Below are positions 53,359 to 64,000 of a DNA stretch of 64,000 nt, piece after piece. Location: the NCBI RefSeq assembly GCF_006345805.1, contig NC_043005.1, positions 105,524,001 through 105,588,000 on the forward strand. The letters run 5' to 3'. The position numbers were made by a program, and so were the translations under genes. Every line of letters starts with the position of its first letter. The stretch's first letter is position 1. The notes under the pieces are model-generated. The model had not been told where the DNA came from and searched no databases. It was given only the letters and a program-made list of their open reading frames with translations. The stretch comes from Octopus sinensis. Taxonomy: Eukaryota.

Positions 53359-54854
53359 ATAACTGCACATCAATACACCCCACTCACTCTCTTTGTAGCC
53401 TTCATAATAGAATTATTTGTCTTCATCTCTTACAACTTATCTATCGTATTACTTCTCATGAAACTTTTCCTTCCTCTGTATCTAAGACTATCTGTGGACA
53501 TATCATTCTGTACATACAGTTACATAGTTGAACCGTCAGTGACTTCTCTGTTTGACAGCCTATAAGGCTATAGTCGAACTGTTCGGAGGCCTATGGCTGC
53601 TAAACAAAACTTTACCTTTAGTTGGGTCTAACTGATTACTTTTAATCATGTATGATGACGCTTGATTGATCTTTAATCAAAGTATTTTTAAAGCTATCGT
53701 TAAGAAGTATACTACTCATATTTAAAGAATAATAACACCTCTATGGATACTCCATTTTAACATTTGTCTATCTATAGACGTATTGTTATTCTGTGTTTAC
53801 AGTTCTTTAGTTTATATAGCCTGTAACTTCGTTAATAGGTAGCTTATAGAACCATTGTCGAATGACTTTAGCTCTGTTGATATATTCTCTATACATTTAT
53901 GATGAGCTGTCAATGTATCGATTATTTAATCCCCCTTCGGCCTATTACAGTAAGTATCTACGCGCCTTTTATTTAATAGTGAAAATATCACAATGTTCAA
54001 ATTCATTTAGTCTGATTCTGAGAATCAATACAGATTCTTTAGTTCACTAATTGTAAAACATTGTTAAATGCCTACATGCACAACTCTACCCAATCTACGA
54101 ACCTATTGTTTATAAGTATTGAGTTGTTCCATGCATTTAAATCAGATATTCCAAGTACCATTAGATTCGCCATGTTTGCCTTTTCCTTTATTTCGTAATA
54201 AGCGTTTTCTTTAATGGTTACAGGTTATAATCAACTTAGTTCTAAATAAATCCTAATACTCCTTTAAGCCCATACAAAGTCACTATAGCTCTAAGCCTAC
54301 ACTAAATCGCTATAGCTTTATTTTAAGAATGCATTAGTCTTTTTGATGAACACACTATTCCCATACCATAGTTTAGTATCACCGTTTAATAGACATAACT
54401 CTATGCTATACATGATAGAACGGAGCAAGACCATGACTCAGCCTTTGTGACGGTTTTTATAACCTTTTCTCTCGATTTGAGTTGTTAGTCGAACAAATGA
54501 AAGCTCTTAGGAGGGACGTGGACATCACCCAAATCCGTTTCTTTCTTCTTAAAAACGTGAACGCATGGCAAAATGGTAAATAAATAAATAAAGATCTGAA
54601 AGAAATAACGGTGCTTTAGAATTGTTGCTAGTATAAGTGGGGATCAAGATTTGACTATAATAAGGACTGATGCAATAACATAAAAAAAACTGGGTTTGAT
54701 TATTACCATTTTCTTCAACATTATAAATAATCAACTATGATGATTAAGAACAAATATTAGGGGTTAAGTAATATTTTCTCTTGTCATAGCCAAGGGTAAA
54801 AACTCCTAATATTTCCGTTTTGTCAGACTTTGTCAAAGGAAGAATGGTCTAAAC

Positions 54855-55102
54855 CAACGGTTCCCCAAATGATTTGCACCACTCACCTGTTTTATGCCTA
54901 ATAATTTCCCCATGAACCGGGGGATCATGCGCATAACAAAACACATTAAAGTGACATACCATATAATCTAATTATTACATAAATAATAAATGTAAATGTA
55001 TAATGTCAAAATAACCTGCACTCTGCGATAGAAAATCAAACAAATGAAATCTTAAAAATTATTCTTTCCGTGCGTCCAGGTACTGGTCCGCGGCCCGATG
55101 GT
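54855..55102. mobile_element. Degenerate hAT-type MITE
   Basis: Left end CAACGGTTCCCCAAA and subterminal GTACTGGTCCGCGGCCCG motif. The right TIR is eroded. Confidence 0.4.
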
Positions 55103-56585
55103 GCATACAGTTGCTTGTTGGCACTGTAGTAACTAGTTTATTAAGCTGAAATCTTTTTAAGCGAGCTATGATGGAGGCTGTACTTCCTGTGATGTAGCCT
55201 GATACAGCACAGACGTTCGGAGTTGTTTCGCTTTCTTCTTCAGCTAATTTCGCTATATTTAATCTTGCGGTAGATTTTGATTATTTCTACTTCTGAAAAT
55301 AAATCAAAATCCAGCTTTTTATGACTCAAATATTTAACAAAAGCCCTGTGTCCTTAAAACTGCCATACATGTCATAAAACTCCTATAGAAATGAATCCTA
55401 TCCAATAGATGCCAATCGCAATCTGAGACGTGTGTGTCACTCCTTATAGATCCAAGGATAAACATCAATCGGATGAATCTAAACTTTGGCATCTTCTACA
55501 ACTCATTTCACTTGATTATTCTGAGATTTGTAAATGTTACGAGGATATCAGCAACACGCGTGAAAGGAAATACGTTCGACTGAGGATCAAATCTAAGTTA
55601 CAAGCACAGCCCACTAAGCGTATATATTTATATTCAAGGCAACATGTTATACGATCTGTTTCAATAAATTCCTTATAGATTTTGAAATGGATATCATATG
55701 AATCAATCACCTCAATATTAGAACAACAATGCCATAGAAAATATGGGATGTCCACCAACTTAGACCACTGAGCAAGGTAGACTTTGAGGGGACAATGCAA
55801 TGTAACAGGTCAGCTTGAGAACACTTGTTCAATATTGACTGATCGGACTGAGCACGGGCAACTGTTCTCATACATGATACAGCATCCAAACGTAAATATA
55901 AGGTTAAATGCTGCCTTAATTACGAGACACTAAATCCTTTATTTGTTGTAGTTGTTGTAATTGTTTAGTTCTAGGTAACTCGTATCGAAGAGATCTACGA
56001 CAAAAGCTGTTCCAAACGTGATTATCTTCAGGTATATCATTCATTTTCAGGAATATCATTTCTGGGATTTATCAAATATGCTCTCCAACTTCTTTTTTAT
56101 ACGGTAGGTATGATTCGAAAGAAGTTCGCTGACTATTTTGGAAGAAACGAGTGGTCAACTCGCTAATTTGTCGCTGGCTCAGGCTTTGTTGTTTGTCGTT
56201 TATCCACAAATATTTCTCTCATCAGTTCACTGAAGATAAAGTAGGAATGCCTGTCCACCATAGACACCATCATGTCTTGGAGATCGGAAACGTCACAGAA
56301 TATAGTGTGTAGGAGTGGTAGTGATGGCGGCGACCGTAGTGGTGTTGGTGGTGGTGCAAGATCTCACTTGAATTGGGTTCAATCAACAATCTGCATCTTC
56401 AACTCCCCACATCCGCCTCCTTTAAAACCCCACAACACCAATATACCAGAGGCACTCACACTTACCTACCCGCCACAAATGTGTACGTATGTATATATGC
56501 ATGTATGTATATACGTATGTATGTATGTATGCATGTGTGTGTGTATATATATATATATATGTATATATATATGTATGTATATATG

Positions 56586-56619
<34 letters not shown>

Positions 56620-57973
56620 TGTGTATATATATATATATGTATATATATATGTGTATATATATATGTGTATATATATATATATATAGTATATATGTATATA
56701 TGTATATATATATACACATATATATGTATATATATATGTATATATATATATATAAATATGTATGTATGTATGAATTTATGTATGTGTGTACGTGTGTGTG
56801 CGCGCGTAAACTTGTTCTCATTGAATTACACCCAATGAACAAATGACTATCAAATGTTTATCTTTACATATCAAAGCTATTCTTTACCACAAAGACCTAA
56901 AGACTCAATTTTTGAAATTCTGCTAAATCATTCCCTTGTCAGTCTTTTATTGCCTTTTTTCTCTCTTCTCAGTCGCTTTCTTTGTCTTTATAGTTGTTAA
57001 CGGCGTCACTGTTGTTGTTGTTATATTTTTACTTCATCTTATCGTACAATCTTTTGTTGTCTTTGAAAATGTTTACCACGAATTTTATTTCACTTCAACC
57101 ATTTCCTTTTCTTCCATTTCACCACAAAAGGAAATATGAAACGAAAGAAACGTTAAAGAGAAAAATTAATAACAATGATGATGATGATGATGATGATGGT
57201 ACTGCTGCTGCTGCTGATGAAAATAATGATAATAATAATAATAATAATAATGATAATAATAATAATAGGCAAATAATAAATGGCAAAGAAATATGAAATA
57301 TTAACATGAGTGGAAGAAAACTTAATATTTATAATAATGATTTCTTTTGATAATAATAATAATAATAATAATAATTTTAATGATGATGGACTATGACACA
57401 TTTTATGATACATGTATATATGTATATGTGTGTGCGTGTGCGTATATATATGTATATATGTATATATATATGCATGCATATATGTATAAATACGCATACC
57501 CATACGCAATTTTGTTTTATACTTTTCGTTTTGCAATTTTAATGTGAACATCGTTTGATATACCCACATACATACATAAATACACACACACACGCGCGCG
57601 CGCGTGCACAGACAAAAATATTATCAAAAGACGAGAGAATATTCATTATCCCGAAATTGGCACAATATAATGATAATTCTGTTCGACTGACCTAAAGAAT
57701 CTAGTACGACTGCTTGGTGTGGTCTGGCCAGCTTTTGCAGTATGTAAAGTAGGGCAGTGGACCAAGTGTCCTGGGTTACCTGAACTGTGGTAATCAACAG
57801 GAGAATTAGGGACAGGGTTTACAATGACGAAAAATATGGGGAAGGAATGTGGATTAAGGAATTCAACAGACTTCAATTGACATCAGGCTTTTGGTTTGTC
57901 TCCCTTACTAATAAAAGGGGTTCTTGAATCCCCCTGTATTATAAATACACGCGCGCACGTACAAACACACACG

Positions 57974-58030
<57 letters not shown>

Positions 58031-58179
58031 CACATACATACATAGATTCATACAAACATACATACATACATGCACGCATACACACATATATATATACACA
58101 AACGTATATACATACAAACATACACACATACATGCAAACATACATACAAGCATACATACACACAGACACACGCACAAAC

Positions 58180-58226
<47 letters not shown>

Positions 58227-58387
58227 CATACATACGTACACACATACATACATATACACGCATACACACACATATATATATATACATACATACATACATA
58301 CAAACACACACAAACATACATGCAAACATACCTACATACATACACATGCACATACATACATACATACATACATACATACATACATAC

Positions 58388-58498
58388 GTACTAGCTACGG
58401 CGGTACATATTCTAAAATTGGAACGATACATTGGAAAGATTAGCACGGCTCCTGCGCAAGGATGACACGCAAATTCGTGAAGCGTTCCATATTTTTTT
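58388..58498 (+). pseudogene. U6: Full-length U6 snRNA retrocopy with altered ACAGAGA box
   Basis: GTACTAGCTACGGCGGTACATATTCTAAAATTGGAACGATACATTGGAAAGATTAGCACGGCTCCTGCGCAAGGATGACACGCAAATTCGTGAAGCGTTCCATATTTTTTT. The 3' ~45 nt match canonical metazoan U6. The upstream flank is (TACA)n, so there is no PSE/TATA promoter. Confidence 0.95.
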
Positions 58499-58501
58499 AA
58501 C

Positions 58502-58554
58502 GGCGGTGCACCAGCATGGCCGCAACTCTGAGCTGAAACTAGAAAAAAAAATAA
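58502..58554 (+). mobile_element. CR1-like LINE 3' tail fused to U6
   Basis: GGCGGTGCACCAGCATGGCCGCAACTCTGAGCTGAAACTAGAAAAAAAAATAA, homologous to 26324-26372 and 28181-28244. Confidence 0.88.
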
Positions 58555-59059
58555 TACATACATACATACATACATATACATATACTATGTAGTAGTCTAA
58601 CACTAATGGCGACTGCAATTGTTGGAAAAAGTACGTAATAGCATTAAGTAGAGCGGAATGAATTTCATTCTTCAAACTCGGTTAAAATCGAATCACAACC
58701 CGGGGCAGGCCAGGTACGACAGTTCTGAGTGTCTGCTCACGGAAACTTCAACTTTGAATTAATCATATAATTATATCTGGTTGCAATCAAGGTGGCAATA
58801 ATTGTTATACTGATAACGCTTTATTGAAGTAGAAACACTGACTATAATTGTCTTCTTGTCCCCAGAAAAAAAAGGTTGCCCCTTTCTTAACGACATGTTT
58901 ATTCCGAATAATAGATGTTTCCTTGACTCTCGTTCCAAGTCAGTGGAATCTCCCTGTGGGTCACCTTATCTTCTTCCCAAGAGAATATAACCTCAAAAAT
59001 TTACCTGGAATGGGATTTGTTTACCTTTCTTTGTCATTTATTTTTTATTCGGCGTTGTC

Positions 59060-59116
59060 TCTTCTTCTTCTTCTTCTTCTTCTTCTTCTTCTTCTTCTTC
59101 TTCTTCTTCTTCTTCT

Positions 59117-59204
<88 letters not shown>

Positions 59205-59205
59205 T
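59060..59205. repeat. (TTC)n(GTC)n compound microsatellite at the 3' end of the minus-strand RTE
   Basis: Directly visible; abuts the RTE-type 3' UTR ending ..GGCGTTAC. Confidence 0.9.
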
Positions 59206-61800
59206 ATGTAACGCCCCTGTTCCATGTTGATATGGATGAGTTGGTTTTAGAGAATCCTACGTGCCAGACGAGCGCCAATATTGGCTTCGGCATGGATTCT
59301 ACAAGCGTATTCCAACTTCTTTATAGAGAGAGTGTACTGAGTTGGTTTTTTTCCGTGGCACCAGCACTAGTGAGGTTACCAAGTACCTCGTAAGATAAGA
59401 CCCGTGTCTTGTCGTACGGGTTACTTTGGGTGCAGCGTTGAGGCTGGTGGTTGTGTGCCGGATGTTGAGAGATTAAAGTATGATAGAGGAACATGGACAG
59501 CTGTCTGACTGGAAAGAGAGAGAATGAGAGAGAGAGAGAGAGAGGGGGGAATGGATAATGGACATGAGGTACCTGGGCGTACACTCAAAGTACAAGAAGA
59601 TGGATATGAAAGCTAATAGAGACGAAGATACGAGGGTGAGTGGATGTGCAGGTTTGTTATAGTGTGAAGGAATACTAACAGATAGAGATGAAAATAGAAA
59701 TGAATGCAGCATAAGGTGATCACAAATAGAGGCGTGGTCAATGGTGAATTTCAGTTTGACTGAAGTGGGTCAGTAAGGAGGAGGAGGCAAGTGGTGGTGC
59801 ATATAGCAGGAGGAGGAGGAGGTAAGTGGCGGAGGAGATCAACAGAACAAGACCGTAGATAGATGCGAAATGGGGAGATGATGTAAAGTCGAAGAGAGAG
59901 AGATGCATGGTGATAGAAACGGAAGTCAGGGGTATTTAAGAGTGGATATTGAGTTACAAACGAACTTGGGGGACTTGAGTAGAAGTAAGTGTTAAGGTCC
60001 GATATTGAAAATGCGGCGGAATATGTAGCTGGACAGTGGTTGCAAGGGCTGCAAAACTAGTAGCACAAAAGTGTCGGGGTGAAATCTATGCAGTTATGCT
60101 TTCGTAGAATTACATCAGCTGGGAAAATAGTGCTGATGTTAGAAGAGTGACCGAGGGATGGACTTGATGAGGATGGGTTTCAGTGCCAGATTAATAGCTA
60201 CAAAATTGGTTGCAGAGGTAAAGACATAAACGATATAATATTGACGCGCCATTTTCGCTAAAGTAGCCAGGTCGTCTGGAAGACAGTGAATCGCTAGTCA
60301 GCTCGGAGCCTTCGTTATTTCCTCCGTGAAGTTATTCAACCTGGGGTCGGTCTTCTCTGCTTCATCCAATGTCTTTCTAGGTTTTCCCTCTTACACAGGT
60401 TCCTCCCACATTTAGTGATCAGCACTTCTTTATACTGCTATTTTCTTCTGTACACATCACATGACTATACCAACGCAGTCTTCAGTGTCGGACATAACAT
60501 TTCATGATTCTTATACACATTCGCACCTTGTATGTGTACACTGACGTTGCACATCAAGCAGAGAATGCCCGCTTCATTTCTTTCTAGTCTTCGGATGTCC
60601 TCTTCCTTCACAACGTTTCTTGCCGTGTAGCAGAGCTGTTCGTACACAAGCTTTTCAGTCCGAGAGAAAGAAAATCCTTTTGTTAATAACAGAAATAATA
60701 ACTCTCTGAACTTTCCAAAGCCGGTTCGTATTGTAGCGAATATATTTCAGTACCTTCAGAATATCCTCCCGCACTACTAATTACAGCGTTTAAGTAACAA
60801 AACCTATGTACTACCTATTTCTTTACTACCCACAAGGGGCTAAACACAGAGGGGACAAACAAGGACAGATATAGGTATTAAGTTGATTACATCGACCCCA
60901 GTGCGTAACTGGTACTTAATTTATCGACCCCGAAAGGATGAAAGGCAAAGTCGACCTCGGCGGAATTTGAACTCACAACGTAACGGCAGCCGAAATACCG
61001 TTAAGTATTTCGCTCAGCGTGCTAACGTTTCTGCCAACTCGCCGCCCTATGTACTACCTCTGATGTTTCTCCTGAGCTTTCGAGAAAATCAATTCCCCAT
61101 GTATTATTATTTGTTGCTCTTGTGCATCTGCCACAAAGTGTTCTTTCTCTGTTAACCTTTCTCTGATATTACTGTCCTGTGTCCATGGCTTGTACTGGGT
61201 TCACTGTTTGAAATTTGCATCTACAACATTTTTATACATCGATCAAGCCATTTTCCTGAAGGGATTAAGGTACGGTCTGTTTTCTTGCTTGCTACAACTT
61301 TGGTCTTCGGTAAGTTAGCCTTGATTCTAGGTTTTGCTTCTAATCTGGAATTTCTTTTCTAATTCTACAACGGATTCAGATATACGAGCAAAGTCATCAG
61401 CGCGAAGGATTTCTCATTCTCAATCAGTGCTAAACTCCTTTGCTATGACCTGCAGAACGATGATGAATAGGAGAGGATTGAGAACTGAGCCTCTGTGAAC
61501 TTCTGCTTGTACACTGAATTTGTTGCAGAACTCATTGCTATCTCACGCCTTACAGAGAGCAGCCTTGAACAGTTCTCGCTAGTCACTCGTCTACCTTTGC
61601 ATTCCTTTGCAGTGTCCATCAGGTCAGCGAGTGAGGGTCCTTGTCGCAGGCTTTCTCCAGCTCCACGAATGCCAATTATAGCTGTTTACTTTTGGAGAAA
61701 TATTTCTGCAGTTACCTTACTACAAACAGAACTTCAACTGTGCTTCTCCTTGGCAAAAAGCCAAACTACGTTTCATCTAGTTTAACGTCCACCCAATCTA
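59206..61800 (-). mobile_element. Decayed RTE-clade LINE interrupted by a SINE and an ~890-bp insert
   Basis: Minus strand reads FGFLPRRST, VHRGSVLNPLLFIIVLQ, ADDFARISESVVELEKKF, EVVHRFCYL, VKEEDIRRLERNEAGILCLMCNVSVH and RGKPRKTLDE. 3' UTR at 59206-59400; insert at about 59425-60312. Confidence 0.85.
60817..61045 (-). mobile_element. SINE family C, young monomer with 14-bp TSD
   Basis: Direct repeat CCTATGTACTACCT at 60803-60816 and 61046-61059; interrupts the RTE reading frame. Confidence 0.93.
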
Positions 61801-62139
61801 GTTGAAGTGTATATCGTTCTATGTGTGTGTCTGTATACGTGTGTATATACATATATGCTTCTATGTTAATGTATGTGTGTGTGTATGTGCATGTATTTAT
61901 ATATATATAGAAGTGTATATCTATATGCATATATATATATGTGCATGTATATATATATATATATCATATATATATATATGTATGTGTATATGTATATATA
62001 TATGTATATGTACACATTTATACATACACACATTTATTTACAATATTTCCATTTTATCATATTTTCTCACGTATTTTGCATTTTATATTATTCTGTCTCT
62101 ATCTATCTATCTATCTATCTATCTACCTACTTACACACG

Positions 62140-62198
<59 letters not shown>

Positions 62199-62514
62199 GC
62201 ATAGACATAATGTGGTGGATGGCATGACTACAAATATCGATGATGATGATGATGATGATGTCGACAACTGCCAAAATAGAAAAGAAAAACAAACTGATAA
62301 TAACATTAGCGAGATTGGAGTTTCATAATAAGTATCGGGGGATCTAATAAAGAAACGTGTTAGGTTGTATTGTTGGTATATATAATAGTCGTGACTTGGT
62401 GAGGAATGGCCTAGCAATAGCAGCAGCAACAACAGCAACAATAACGGTAACGACTATATACGAAGCTCACGTACTCGTTGCATACGCACTCACACCCATA
62501 CAAACACAAAAGCA

Positions 62515-62545
<31 letters not shown>

Positions 62546-62695
62546 TGTTTATGAATGTATGTACAGACATATTTTTCGAGACATGTTCATTGTGAAATGT
62601 ACTACAACACGAATATTCTCCTGGAACAATTATAGAATAATTAATTGTATATTTTTATAGACAATTACTTGAAATCTTTTATATAATGATCATTA

Positions 62696-62795
62696 NNNNN
62701 NNNNNNNNNNNNNNNNNNNNNNNNNNNNNNNNNNNNNNNNNNNNNNNNNNNNNNNNNNNNNNNNNNNNNNNNNNNNNNNNNNNNNNNNNNNNNNN
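62696..62795. other. Assembly gap (100 N)
   Basis: Run of exactly 100 N flanked by simple repeats; the true size is unknown. Confidence 0.99.
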
Positions 62796-62950
62796 TTGTT
62801 GTTGTTGTGGTTGTTGGTAGTGGTAGTGGTGGGTTGTTACAACGGCAATACTGCATTGGTTTCTGGCATTGTTATTTGTCTCTTTCTACACGGCCAGCAT
62901 TCTAATTTATAAATGTATTTGTAGTAGGTGTGCAGTTATAGAGGGGACAC

Positions 62951-62987
<37 letters not shown>

Positions 62988-63597
62988 GGAGGGAGTTCAA
63001 TTTAGAGTGGGTGAGTGTTTAGGTGCGTACTTATCAACGTACTTATGTATAGTCAGAAACACACACACACATACACACACATGCATATATGTATATGAAT
63101 ATATGTAGTTGTATGTAGATGTGTACGTGTGTTACTGTTTGAGTGTATTTACTTATCTAGGTTGCCATAAATTCAATATATCACATAATGAATTTTATAT
63201 AAAATAGACTACGTGCCTATATTAATGTGTGTATATGCATACAGACTAACACACACTTAACATCATCTCTCTTCAAACACACACATCAACTCACACACAC
63301 ACATATACATATACATATGCATATATATATATATGTGTGCGGCTCATGTGTGATTGTGTGTACGATCCGCATCTATGTGTATATGTGTACTGTGCAGTAA
63401 GACAGCAATGTAATGTATAAGTGTAAGAGAATCATTGAAACGTGGCACAGATTTAAAATTGAATTTATCAGAAAAACCAGACCAGAATTTGTCCACGCGA
63501 TATAATAAAGAAACACTGAAATTAGATGTTTTGCTTTATGATAGCAATTTCAACAAGGTTTCCTCAGATTTGATCGAATATTCCATTTTACATCGAA

Positions 63598-63665
63598 GCG
63601 TGTCGATTGGTTGGTGCAGTAACACACAGGGTGAGATGCCGACAGTTCGAATCCTCATCTAGACC
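63598..63665 (+). other. tRNA-like Pol III box pair, probably a decayed SINE head
   Basis: A-box-like TCGATTGGTTGG and a perfect B-box GTTCGAATCC (63645-63654). No full cloverleaf. Confidence 0.4.
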
Positions 63666-64000
63666 TAATCTCATTCCTGGTTGTAGTCATTTCACTTCGT
63701 TCACAGTGATAATATATTTGCTATTGTATGATGTTCAGGTGAAAGCATTGGCCGCCTGGTTGCCAGGAAGTTACACTCACGATTACAGAACGGCGATGCG
63801 TTATCTTCAGAAAAACACCTCATTTCACGTTGCGCCAGTACATTCGGCTATAAATGGTTCACCTTATCGACGGACTGATGTCTCCTACGGGAGAAATGCT
63901 CGACTGATCCGCCGATTCGCAACGTTTGCAAACTGCAACAACGCGCTTCTTGACAATTTTGTGGTTTCCAAATGACTGGATCAACGGTAGACAATGGCAT

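Noticed and set aside
53400-54500. Possible L1/Tx1-like remnant on the minus strand (LGISDLNAWN)
   Set aside because: A single short motif in stop-rich sequence.
55940-56270. Probable additional dispersed repeat family (similar scraps near 19170, 36720, 52545)
   Set aside because: Copies are too degraded to align or bound by eye.
63535-63570. CTGAGGA-AAC CTT GTT-GAAA on the minus strand
   Set aside because: Position 16.1 is A rather than U and stem I fails.

Overview
Eukaryotic, very AT-rich window saturated with microsatellites. Its SINE families and repeat landscape suggest an octopus (coleoid cephalopod) genome; this is an inference from pattern recognition, not a database hit. No intact protein-coding gene can be supported, and nearly all long ORFs in the track are read-throughs of simple repeats. 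Mobile elements present: three tRNA-type SINE families (many copies, often nested or tandem), decayed LINEs (CR1-like, two RTE types, R4/Dong-like), two Helitrons, four Tc1/mariner-superfamily elements, a hAT transposase remnant and hAT MITEs. There is also one 100-N assembly gap. Main findings: (1) three short non-coding elements embedded in (TA)n tracts each carry a type I hammerhead ribozyme fold (6567-6626 minus, 25912-25957 plus, 37250-37341 plus). Two of them also show an inverted terminal duplication, which suggests Penelope-like or retrozyme-like self-cleaving retroelements. (2) A full-length U6 snRNA copy is fused to the ~55-nt 3' recognition tail of the resident CR1-like LINE (58388-58554). 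(3) A SINE family repeatedly forms dimers or inserts into its own head at a fixed junction.
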